Assembly (NCBI GenBank): GCA_964365185.1
Contig: CAYIOP010000002.1
Span: 2,684-66,683, forward strand
From: an uncultured Candidatus Saccharibacteria bacterium
GTDB lineage: Bacteria > Patescibacteriota > Minisyncoccia > UBA6257 > 2-01-FULL-56-20
Reading direction: 5' to 3'
Length of the DNA stretch: 64,000 nt
Positions within the stretch are counted from its first letter, which is position 1, and each line of letters begins with the position of its first letter. Shown here one piece after another: positions 26,715 through 34,777 of this stretch. The position numbers and the translations under genes were made by a program. The notes under the pieces are model-generated. The model was given only the letters and a program-made list of their open reading frames with translations. It ran no database searches and was not told the DNA's origin.

Positions 26715-26774
26715 TCCTATCTATTATAGCGTTATTATTCACTTCTTATACAGAAGATATCCACAATTTCTGTA

Positions 26775-26850
26775 ATCTATCACCTACTGCGTCCGTCCGA
26801 AGCTTTAAGCGAAGGCGGATAACCTATCATCTAAAACCTCTCACCTAACT
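26775..26850. repeat. intergenic copy of a ~36-bp core repeat (ctactgcgtccgtccgaagctttaagcgaaggcgga) flanked by heptamer tracts
   Basis: The core at 26784-26819 is almost identical to the core at 27051-27086 inside ksgA. Confidence 0.5.
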
Positions 26851-27682
26851 CTTTCGTAATTTTAATGATTTCTTCAACCCCTAAATCTTGAGGCCTAAGA
26901 TTAAAAGCTAATCCCAATTTCTCCAAACCCTCTTTAATTTTTGATCGATCAAGTTTTAACCCTTGTTTTAAGTTGTTTTCAATCGTTTTTCTTGGTTGCT
27001 GAAACAGAATTCGCACCATCTCATAATAATTTTTTCTCCCTACCTTTAACCTACTGCGTCCGTCCGAAGCTTTAAGCGAAGGAGGATCGCCTATCACCTT
27101 TAACCTAATCACGGCCGACTCCACCCCCGGCTCCGGCTTAAAAACCGATCTGGGCAAAGTTAAAATTATTTCGGGAATTGCCCAAAACTGGATTGAAGCC
27201 GCCAACCTATTCATTTTAGGTGGCTGGGCGATGATTCTCTCCGCCACCTCCTTTTGAATTGTCAAAACGCAAACCTCCGGTTTATTTTTAAGTTCTCCAA
27301 TTTGCCTCAAAAGATATCCAGTCAAATAATATGGAATGTTACCTACTAATTTATAAACTTTACATTTTTCGCTTATAGCTTTAAGTTCTTTTCTTACGTC
27401 TCCTTCAATAATTTCTATATTTTTATTTTCCTCGAATTTTTTTTTTAGTATTTGCACTAATTGTTCATCCCTTTCAATCGCAATAATCTTAACACCTAAC
27501 ACCTGCCTGCCCGCCACAGCTTTAGCGACGGAGGGACACCTAACACCTAATTCCTCCGTCAACTCTCCATGCCCCGCTCCTATTTCAATCACTGTTTCTC
27601 CGGTCTTTAACTCCAAAGCCGCCACAATTTTTTTAATGGCCTCATTGCTTTTTAAAAAATATTGTCCCAATTTTTTCCCCAT
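26831..27682 (-). CDS. rsmA: 16S rRNA (adenine1518/1519-N6)-dimethyltransferase KsgA/RsmA, carrying two in-frame repeat-element insertions
   Basis: KKLGQYFLKSNEAIKKIV, EIGAGHGELT and VGNIPYYLTGYLL align to KsgA. The extra 19-aa segments GVRCPSVAKAVAGRQVLGV and IGDPPSLKASDGRSRLKVG are absent from E. coli KsgA and are encoded by the dispersed repeat cores. Confidence 0.8.
   Translation of the reverse strand: MGKKLGQYFLKSNEAIKKIVAALELKTGETVIEIGAGHGELTEELGVRCPSVAKAVAGRQVLGVKIIAIERDEQLVQILKKKFEENKNIEIIEGDVRKELKAISEKCKVYKLVGNIPYYLTGYLLRQIGELKNKPEVCVLTIQKEVAERIIAQPPKMNRLAASIQFWAIPEIILTLPRSVFKPEPGVESAVIRLKVIGDPPSLKASDGRSRLKVGRKNYYEMVRILFQQPRKTIENNLKQGLKLDRSKIKEGLEKLGLAFNLRPQDLGVEEIIKITKELGERF
27040..27112. 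repeat. in-frame repeat insertion 2 in ksgA (core 27051-27086, flanked by direct repeats AGGTTAAAGGT on the coding strand)
   Basis: Near-identical to the intergenic core at 26784-26819. Confidence 0.5.
27491..27550. repeat. in-frame repeat insertion 1 in ksgA (core ctgcctgcccgccacagctttagcgacggaggga, flanked by 13-bp AGGTGTTAGGTGT direct repeats)
   Basis: Divergent relative of the 36-bp core with the same flank architecture. Confidence 0.5.
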
Positions 27683-27751
27683 TGATTAGATTTTCTAAAT
27701 TCTATTTTTAGTTTTTATCTCCACCGTATCTCAAATGTATTTCTATTGCAT

Positions 27752-27780
27752 CTCTATAACCTATAACCTAACACCTAATC
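27752..27780. repeat. heptamer-tract repeat (tctataacctataacctaacacctaatcc) in the ksgA-uvrD intergenic region
   Basis: Same CACCTAA-type heptamers. Confidence 0.4.
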
Positions 27781-29682
27781 CAAAGTAATGTATCTCTCCT
27801 CATCTCTCAAGTTTGAAGCCACTTCGAATTTCATCGCTTCTTCTGATAGCTCGCTTAAAAATCTCGACGGGATATCGTAAAAAGATAAAAACAATTTTTT
27901 TCGCGCTCGGGTCATTGCCACATATAAAAGCCGCCTCTCTTCTTCGATGGCATTTTGAGTTTGAAATGAACGGTGGTGGGGGAGTACGCCTTCATTTATG
28001 CCCGCGACAAAAACATTATCAAACTCTAGTCCCTTCGCCAGATGAATCGTCATCAAATTCACCGTCGCCTTGCTCTTTGCTATTTGCCTGTCCCGAGTAA
28101 TGCCGAAGGGCGATTTGCTATTTGTGACATTGTCCGTCGCTTGCAATAAACTCGCTCGTTCCAAAAAATCTTCCACACTCTTAAAATTTTCGGCAAAATT
28201 TAAAAGTTCCAATATGTTTTCTTTCCGATCTTCGGGATTTTCAAAATTCTTGTCGAGATAACCAAAATAATCCATTTTATCGATAAATTTCTTGATTATT
28301 GCTGCTGGCTCTGCCTCTTTAAAATCGCCAATTTCGCGAACGAACCTTGAAAAACCTGCCTTTTTCAGGAATTTCGACAATCGCTCCCGGCTTAGCTCAT
28401 CATCTCTATTAGAAATGTATCTTAAAGCCGCGAGCACATCTTTTACCTCTCGGCGTTCGTAGAATTTGAGTCCGCCGAAAATTTGATAAGGCAGATTACT
28501 TTCTATGAGCGCTTGCTCAATCGGCCGCGACTGCGCGTTGGTCCGATAAAGAACCGCAGTTGATTCATTTTTATCTTTAACCTTTAATCTATCACCTATC
28601 ACCTGTTCCACAATCCACTCCGCTTCATCAATTTCTCCGCCGGTTTCTTTAAGGATTATTTTCTCTCCTTTTGAATTGTTGGTCCAAAGAGTTTTATCTT
28701 CCAATCCTTTTGGTTTCTGAAAATTATTTTTAATTAATGATGAAGCCGCCTGAATTATATTTTGAGTGGAGCGATAATTTTCACCCAAAAAAACCGTCTG
28801 GCTTCTTGACCAGTCCTGAGCGAAATTTAAAAAAATATCTATTTTAGATCCTCGCCAGCTGTAGATTGTTTGGTTGTGATCGCCCACCACGCTTAAATTT
28901 TGATTTTGGGTTGAGAGCAATTTAACCATTTCATTTTGCGCACCGTTGATATCTTGATATTCATCAACCAAAAAATGAGAAAATCTTTTTTGATATCTCT
29001 TAAGTACCTCCGGTTTTTGTTTAAACACTAAAACCACCTTTTGAATTAAATCATCAAAATCAAAAGCATTATTTTTTTTAAGCTCAATCTCATATTCGCT
29101 TAAAGCTTTTTCTATAATTTCATTTTGAAAGTTTGATTTTTTGTCTTGTAGCGAGATTTCATTTTTAATCATCGATACTTCGCTCATCAAATCTCCCGGC
29201 TTCATTTTTATTTTATCTTCTGAGCGCTTAGCTATTTTTTTAAATAATTGAAAAGAATCATTGTCATCGAAAATCGCGAAATTTGGTTTGCGGTCGCAAA
29301 AAATGGCAACTTCTCGCAAAATTCTGGCGCCGAGCGAATGAAACGTTCCTATAAATGGCGCCTGGCGATTTGCGCTTTGCGATAAGCTTTTTGTTACTCG
29401 CGCTAGCATTTCTTCGGCGGCTTTGTTGGTGAAAGTTAAGGCGCAGATTTTTGAAGGCGGTACGCCGTTTTTCATCAGATAAACAATTCTAGCCATTAAG
29501 GTTTTAGTTTTGCCGGTTCCTGCCCCAGCCACAATTAAAAGGGGATATCCCGGAGCTGTGGCCGCTTTAAGCTGTTCTGGGTTTAATCCTAAATTTTTTA
29601 TCCCACTATCCTGATCTGCCATAAGGTTTGATTTTTTAACTCCCCACCCCTTTATAAAAGAGCGAAGGTTGATTTTTAGCAT
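27775..29682 (-). CDS. UvrD/PcrA/Rep-family ATP-dependent DNA helicase
   Basis: Walker A IVAGAGTGKTKTL; motif II DEYQDINGAQ; LYRTNAQSRPIEQAL; C-terminal YVAMTRARKKL. Confidence 0.85.
   Translation of the reverse strand: MLKINLRSFIKGWGVKKSNLMADQDSGIKNLGLNPEQLKAATAPGYPLLIVAGAGTGKTKTLMARIVYLMKNGVPPSKICALTFTNKAAEEMLARVTKSLSQSANRQAPFIGTFHSLGARILREVAIFCDRKPNFAIFDDNDSFQLFKKIAKRSEDKIKMKPGDLMSEVSMIKNEISLQDKKSNFQNEIIEKALSEYEIELKKNNAFDFDDLIQKVVLVFKQKPEVLKRYQKRFSHFLVDEYQDINGAQNEMVKLLSTQNQNLSVVGDHNQTIYSWRGSKIDIFLNFAQDWSRSQTVFLGENYRSTQNIIQAASSLIKNNFQKPKGLEDKTLWTNNSKGEKIILKETGGEIDEAEWIVEQVIGDRLKVKDKNESTAVLYRTNAQSRPIEQALIESNLPYQIFGGLKFYERREVKDVLAALRYISNRDDELSRERLSKFLKKAGFSRFVREIGDFKEAEPAAIIKKFIDKMDYFGYLDKNFENPEDRKENILELLNFAENFKSVEDFLERASLLQATDNVTNSKSPFGITRDRQIAKSKATVNLMTIHLAKGLEFDNVFVAGINEGVLPHHRSFQTQNAIEEERRLLYVAMTRARKKLFLSFYDIPSRFLSELSEEAMKFEVASNLRDEERYITLD
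28576..28606. repeat. heptamer-tract sequence inside the helicase gene, encoding IGDRLKVKDKNES (ctttaacctttaatctatcacctatcacctg)
   Basis: Resembles an 'empty-site' version of the ksgA insertion flank (GGTGATAG-ATTAAAGGTTAAAG). Confidence 0.3.
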
Positions 29683-29725
29683 TTTAACCGAATCTTGATT
29701 ATAAAGTAAACTGTTTTATAGAGAA

Positions 29726-29754
29726 TTGACCTAAGTCGATCTTAATTCTAAAAT
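29726..29754 (+). promoter_or_regulatory. sigma70-like promoter candidate (TTGACC-N17-TAAAAT)
   Basis: Upstream of the plus-strand gene that starts at 29888. Confidence 0.3.
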
Positions 29755-29887
29755 ATAGCGTCTTTACCAGCTCTTTGATAATTTACAAAATCATTTCCCT
29801 TTGGCTCCTTGAAAACTAAAAAGAGTAGCTCGCCCACGCGCCTTTCTTTGGCGCGGGGCAATTAAAGGTCGTTCTAAACTGATAATT

Positions 29888-31525
29888 ATGAAAAAAACCT
29901 TTATTCTGGCCCTCTCGTTGTTCTTAGTAATCCTATCTTTCAAAGCAGTAATGGCTGAAGACGAAATTCTGATTGTTGAACCCGCTACCCAAGATATGCC
30001 ATTTAGCGCCCCTACTCTTTTAGCTCTTCAAAATGAATCCCTGCCTCCAGAGATCTTACCAGAAAGCCCTACCTCTCCTGATTTAGGGTTATCTCTGATT
30101 GATGCTCTAAATAATGGCGAAGTTCAAAGCGATCAAGAAATTATTGAGGTTGCGTCATTCATTTCTAATTCCAACCCTGAGATTATAGATATTGATGACC
30201 TGCCTGATTTAGAAGTTGATTCGGGTCAAGAAAACCTGCTTCCTGTGATTGAAGCTCCGGCTTTTGTTTCGAGTACTGTTGGTTCAATGTTTGAATTTTC
30301 AGTTGTGATTAGCGATCCTGACGGAGATTTTATTTCAATTAAAACTAATCTGCCCGAAGGAGCTGTTTATTCCACCACCACTAACCTTGTCAGTTGGCTT
30401 CCGGTTTACCCGGGTAATTTTATCGCTTCCTTTTCCGCTTCGGATAGCTTTTCCACTAGTTCGTTGGATATCGGGATAGAAATTATCGAACCCGAAAACA
30501 AAGCCGCTTACAATCTTTGCGCTGATTTGAATCGAGATGGTGTTCTCGATCGCAATGATCCTAAGGTTTTAATGGATTATATTTTTAATGGCGGTCGTCT
30601 TGAATCAAATATCGATTATGATTTGGATGATAGTGGGGTAGTTGATATCAGCGATGTTGTCGCGCTTCTTTTCTATATTTACCGCCCAGAAGCAAGCTAT
30701 CTGCCGAGCTGTCCTATTCCCCCTGATAATAACAATCCTCCTCCAGTAAATCCTCCTCCCCCCGGCGGCGGCGCCCTGATTTTGGTTCCCGGTCGGTCGA
30801 ATCCAGCCGAACCCTCAACTTCTTCAACAGCTGGAATTGCTAATCTTCCGCCGGAGTTTCTGAATTTCTATCCAGCCACTTCAACTCCAGCCGATTGGCT
30901 TTATATCTATGATGCTGAGGCCTTCGATCCTGATGGCGATCGCTTAACTTATAGCTTAAGCAATGCCCCCTCGGGTATGAAGATAGTAAGTTCCACTGGA
31001 TTCATTTTCTGGATTCCCGGTCTAGTCCAAATCAGTCCCGATCCTTACGAAGTTGTTGTTAATCTCTCAGACGGGATAAATCTAGTCAGTCAAAATTTTT
31101 CTTTATTAGTTACCGCTTCACTTTGGAATGTCGCTGCTCCAGTTGTTGCTAACACCCCTCCCGAACCAGTCGAAGAAATTTCGCCTTCTATGCCAGAACC
31201 ACTAGTTGAATCCGTGGAAACCAAAATCCAAACCCCAACCACTTCCATTACTTTAGGACCTAACGATAATTTAAACAGAGGTCTTCTGGCCGCATTGATT
31301 GATGTTTTCGGAAATTTAGGCGATTGGCTGCTTAAGCGCCCAGTTTTTCTATTTTTGATTTTATTGATGGTTATTCTTTATTTTGTTCTCGCGGCCATCC
31401 GAAAAGAAAAACCAAAACTAATCCCCGAAAACTCCCCCCCAACTCCACTGATGATTTCTCCTGATTTGCCAGGTGACAATTCGTCATCTCCTACCCCGGC
31501 TGAACCATCTACCTATTATTACTAG
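29888..31525 (+). CDS. secreted, C-terminally membrane-anchored protein with a dockerin-like repeat pair and a Pro-rich linker
   Basis: Signal peptide; DLNRDGVLDRNDPKVLMDYIF and DLDDSGVVDISDVVALLFYI resemble dockerin type-I Ca-binding repeats; PPVNPPPPGGG linker; C-terminal TM VFLFLILLMVILYFVLAAI. Confidence 0.45.
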   Translation: MKKTFILALSLFLVILSFKAVMAEDEILIVEPATQDMPFSAPTLLALQNESLPPEILPESPTSPDLGLSLIDALNNGEVQSDQEIIEVASFISNSNPEIIDIDDLPDLEVDSGQENLLPVIEAPAFVSSTVGSMFEFSVVISDPDGDFISIKTNLPEGAVYSTTTNLVSWLPVYPGNFIASFSASDSFSTSSLDIGIEIIEPENKAAYNLCADLNRDGVLDRNDPKVLMDYIFNGGRLESNIDYDLDDSGVVDISDVVALLFYIYRPEASYLPSCPIPPDNNNPPPVNPPPPGGGALILVPGRSNPAEPSTSSTAGIANLPPEFLNFYPATSTPADWLYIYDAEAFDPDGDRLTYSLSNAPSGMKIVSSTGFIFWIPGLVQISPDPYEVVVNLSDGINLVSQNFSLLVTASLWNVAAPVVANTPPEPVEEISPSMPEPLVESVETKIQTPTTSITLGPNDNLNRGLLAALIDVFGNLGDWLLKRPVFLFLILLMVILYFVLAAIRKEKPKLIPENSPPTPLMISPDLPGDNSSSPTPAEPSTYYY

Positions 31526-31550
31526 TAATATGGAAGAGCCAGTTATAATC

Positions 31551-31585
31551 AAAAACCACCTACTAAAGCGGTGGTTTTTGATCTT
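31551..31585 (+). terminator. rho-independent terminator candidate
   Basis: aaaaaccacc-tactaaagc-ggtggttttt: 10-bp stem, T-run. Confidence 0.5.
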
Positions 31586-31623
31586 TAAGCATTCCCAAAT
31601 TAAAATTTGTTATTATAAGAAAA

Positions 31624-32127
31624 ATGAGATTACTAAAAGAGAAAATAATTTCCTATCCGTTTGTAAGAAATTGGTTAAACGAAATTAAATCCCAAGGTTT
31701 TGATTGTCTCGCCACCAGGAAATTGCTGCTCCTCGCAGGCGTATTTATTCTACTCATCCTTTTTATAATCGGCGTCGCCACCAATAGAGTCAGCAATAAC
31801 GTTGCTTTTTTAGTTGAACTAGGCAAGGTATCTTTTTCTCCCCGTACTTTTAAAAGTAATTTGCCGCCTATTTTTCAGGTTATTGCCGCCTGTGAGTCCG
31901 GTGGACGTCAGTTTGATGAGTCCGGCCGAGTTATTCGCGGTCGGATAAATCGCTATGATGTCGGTCTCTATCAAATCAACGAAGTTATTCACCGCAATGC
32001 CATTCAAAACACTGGTCTTGATATTTACACTGAAGAAGGCAACACCGCTTTTGCCTCCTATCTTTATCAACAATCCGGTCTTGAGCCCTGGCGTTTTTCT
32101 AGAAGCTGTTGGCGCGACGCGCTCTAG
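31624..32127 (+). CDS. transglycosylase-like (Rpf/lysozyme-like) domain protein with N-terminal TM
   Basis: IAACESGGRQFDESG...YDVGLYQINE resembles the CESGG...GLxQI core of Rpf/lytic-transglycosylase-like domains. Confidence 0.45.
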   Translation: MRLLKEKIISYPFVRNWLNEIKSQGFDCLATRKLLLLAGVFILLILFIIGVATNRVSNNVAFLVELGKVSFSPRTFKSNLPPIFQVIAACESGGRQFDESGRVIRGRINRYDVGLYQINEVIHRNAIQNTGLDIYTEEGNTAFASYLYQQSGLEPWRFSRSCWRDAL

Positions 32128-32197
32128 AAAACTCTTTACTTTTATGCCTTTACGGTGTTAATTTAAAATCAGTACAATTCAATCAAGGAGAACTTAA

Positions 32198-32596
32198 ATG
32201 TTTAATTGTCCGTCCTGTGGCCAACTGACAATTCACCTCAAAGCTGGCAGTTGCGGTGGTCTCGGTAGCTTAGATGGCTGCGAATTTTGTGATCAAGTGT
32301 ATATACAAACTTCAGGTGGCGTCGTCGACGATGGCCGCCACAGTTATGAACTCCTCGGCACCACACTCACAAAGTGGCGTAAGCTCAAAGCCGACGAGGA
32401 AAAAAGAGAGGCGGAGCTTGAGAAAAAAAGAGAGACCGGCGAAATCATCAAATGTCCCGGCTGTAATCTTGAGCTCTCCGCCTCTGATCTGCCAGCTCAG
32501 ATTAAACACATGGAAGATGAACATTCCGAAATCATCGCCGAGCGTCTCTATAATTCTGGTGAGAAAATTAAAGCCGCTACCTTCGTCAAGACTTAA
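32198..32596 (+). CDS. zinc-ribbon hypothetical protein
   Basis: CPSCG...CEFCD and CPGCN Cys pairs; charged coiled middle. Confidence 0.4.
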   Translation: MFNCPSCGQLTIHLKAGSCGGLGSLDGCEFCDQVYIQTSGGVVDDGRHSYELLGTTLTKWRKLKADEEKREAELEKKRETGEIIKCPGCNLELSASDLPAQIKHMEDEHSEIIAERLYNSGEKIKAATFVKT

Positions 32597-32616
32597 AAGC
32601 ACAAAACCAGTCTCCT

Positions 32617-32650
32617 CGCCGCCGAAATTAATTTCGGCGGCCTTTTCTAT
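32617..32650 (+). terminator. rho-independent terminator
   Basis: Perfect 24-bp palindrome gccgccgaaatt|aatttcggcggc followed by cttttctatt. Confidence 0.6.
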
Positions 32651-32719
32651 TAATTGAATTAGAATAAATTTAAATCAAAAAATTTGTCGCCAGTCATAAG
32701 TTATCAGTCATGAGTCAAT

Positions 32720-34246
32720 TCACACTTCCTCCCTCAGCCGATAACTAAATGCCTCCGCCAAATGATTCTCTGAAACTTTTTCCTCTCCGCTTAAATCCGC
32801 GATGGTTCTGGCTACTTTTAACAACCGGAAATATCCTCGAGGCGAAAGCCGCGTTTCATCCAAGCTTTTTAAAAACTTTTCCGCGCCGGTCTCAAAATTT
32901 ATCATCTCTTCGGTTTGTTTAGCGCTCATCTCGCCGTTGTTCTTAATTTTAAGTTTTTGAAATCTTTCTTTTTGAATCTCTCTCGCATTCTGGATTTTGG
33001 TTTTGATTTCCGGGCTTGTTGGTTTTAAATTTCTCTTCTCTCGTAATTCCAGAATTTTTATTCTTGGCACTTTAATTTGTAAATCAATCCGGTCGAGTAG
33101 CGGCCCAGAAATCTTTTTTTGATAACGAATCACTTCGTAAGCTGTGCACCGACATTCTTTTTCTTCATCGCCGTAAAATCCGCAAGGACAAGGGTTCATC
33201 GCGGCCACGAGAGAAAACTTAGCCGGGAATTCCAAACTGTTTTTGGCGCGAGAAATTTGCACTCGGCCCGACTCCATTGGTCCGCGCAACGCCTCCAAGA
33301 TATTTTTCGGAAACTCCGGCAGCTCGTCTAAAAAAAGCACGCCTCGATGAGCCAAGCTTATTTCTCCTGGCCTAGGATAGGTTCCGCCGCCAACCACCGC
33401 GATGAGTGATGCGGTCTGATGAGGCGTTCGAAAGGGGCGGGCCTTAATTAACCCTCCGGGATTAAGTCCCGCCGCGCTGTAAATTTTTGTCACCTCAATG
33501 GCTTCCTCATGGGTTAACTCTGGTAAAATACCCACCATCGCTTGAGCCAGCAAGCTCTTGCCCACGCCCGGCGGCCCAATCATCAGCAAGTTATGCCCAC
33601 CAGCTGCCGCCAACGTAATGGCTCGCTTCGCGTTTTCTTGGGATTTAATTTCCGAAAAATCAGTTCCTAAATACTCGGTTTTTGCCTCTGGATTAAAAAT
33701 TGCCGGCTCGATCTTTCTTTTTTCTTCTAAAAATTCAATTGCCTCTGATAAATTATTGAGCGGAATAATTTTTATTCCTGAAACCACCGCCGCTTCGTTG
33801 GCGTTTTCTGCTGGCAAAAAAACATAGTGGCATTTTTTTTCCTTAGCCATCTGAGCAATATTAAGAGCTCCGGCTATTGGCCGCAGCCGGCCGTCGAGCG
33901 CTAATTCACCCAAGAAAATTTTATCTTTTGTTTCAAATCCTTTCATTTGTCCGGTTGAGAGCAGATATCCGAGCGCAATCGCTAAATCATACTGGGAGCC
34001 GGCTTTCTTCACGTCCGCCGGCGCCAAATTCACCGTGATTTTCCTATTTTCTCTGTTTGGCGGCTTAACCCCCGTGTTTTTTAGAGCTGAATTAACTCGC
34101 TCCTTAGCTTCATTTAAGGCCTTGTCTGCTAAGCCCACTATATTAAAAGCATGAAGGCCGACATTTAAGTCGACCTCAATTTCAATCAATCTTGCGTTAA
34201 TGCCTTCTAATTCAGCTGAATAAATCCTCGCTAGATTTTTAAGCAT
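32720..34246 (-). CDS. comM: YifB/ComM family Mg-chelatase-like AAA+ ATPase
   Basis: N-terminal Lon-like domain (GLHAFNIVGLADKALNEAKERV), Walker A MIGPPGVGKSLLA, ChlI-type C-terminal region. Confidence 0.85.
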   Translation of the reverse strand: MLKNLARIYSAELEGINARLIEIEVDLNVGLHAFNIVGLADKALNEAKERVNSALKNTGVKPPNRENRKITVNLAPADVKKAGSQYDLAIALGYLLSTGQMKGFETKDKIFLGELALDGRLRPIAGALNIAQMAKEKKCHYVFLPAENANEAAVVSGIKIIPLNNLSEAIEFLEEKRKIEPAIFNPEAKTEYLGTDFSEIKSQENAKRAITLAAAGGHNLLMIGPPGVGKSLLAQAMVGILPELTHEEAIEVTKIYSAAGLNPGGLIKARPFRTPHQTASLIAVVGGGTYPRPGEISLAHRGVLFLDELPEFPKNILEALRGPMESGRVQISRAKNSLEFPAKFSLVAAMNPCPCGFYGDEEKECRCTAYEVIRYQKKISGPLLDRIDLQIKVPRIKILELREKRNLKPTSPEIKTKIQNAREIQKERFQKLKIKNNGEMSAKQTEEMINFETGAEKFLKSLDETRLSPRGYFRLLKVARTIADLSGEEKVSENHLAEAFSYRLREEV

Positions 34247-34257
34247 TTCCTCCTCTC

Positions 34258-34596
34258 TTATTTACTTGTTTTAAGTTTACACTCTTGGCAAAGCTCTGAT
34301 TCCGGAATTAAATCTAAGATATTTTCCGAAATTTCTCCCTCGCAATTAAGACACTTCCCATAACTTCCACTTTTTATTCGCTTCAGTGCCCCCTCAATTT
34401 CTTGTAGCCGTTTTTTAAGTTCATTGGCTACCGCTATCCTGTTTCCTCTTTCTTCAACTTCATCCGATTCTTCATCTCCGCCTTCTATGTCGCTGCCAAA
34501 ATCAACTCCTTTTTCATCCTCGGCTATTTCTTTCTCTAGTTTTTCTTTCTCCTGCTCCAAAATTATTCTATATTTTTCTGTATTGGTGTTTTTCAT
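34258..34596 (-). CDS. DksA/TraR-family C4-type zinc-finger protein
   Basis: C-terminal CLNCEGEI...CQECK four-Cys finger after a coiled-coil, 112 aa. Confidence 0.65.
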   Translation of the reverse strand: MKNTNTEKYRIILEQEKEKLEKEIAEDEKGVDFGSDIEGGDEESDEVEERGNRIAVANELKKRLQEIEGALKRIKSGSYGKCLNCEGEISENILDLIPESELCQECKLKTSK

Positions 34597-34639
34597 CAGT
34601 TTAAATCTATCCTACCTCTAGTTTTTTTTCAACCTTTTT

Positions 34640-34740
34640 TGACGCTGTTAGAAACCCAATTCTCTATAAGGGTTTTGTAAGTAATTTTATGACTTAGGCC
34701 TTTTGGCTAGGAAGAAAATTACTTACAAAACCTGTAATTG
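34640..34740. repeat. conserved hairpin element (18-bp perfect stem ggttttgtaagtaatttt / aaaattacttacaaaacc; loop contains TTGGCTAGGA), copy A
   Basis: The loop and surrounding sequence are shared with 43743-43879. Confidence 0.4.
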
Positions 34741-34754
34741 TTTTATTTTCCGAT

Positions 34755-34774
34755 CTCTATCACCTGACACCTAT
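34755..34774. repeat. heptamer-tract repeat (tctatcacctgacacctatt)
   Basis: Adjacent to hairpin element copy A. Confidence 0.35.
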
Positions 34775-34777
34775 TAT

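Noticed and set aside
26784-26819. Relationship between the 36-bp repeat core (..GAAGCTTTAAGCGAAGG..) and the GAAGCTTTCGGA RNA-motif flank
   Set aside because: The shared AAGCTT palindrome is too short and low-complexity to claim homology, so they are treated as separate families.
32274-32657. ORFs 32274-32657 (+) and 32312-32602 (-) overlapping the zinc-ribbon gene
   Set aside because: They overlap the better-supported 32198-32596 ORF, which has Cys-pair motifs. They lack motifs and are kept out as spurious.
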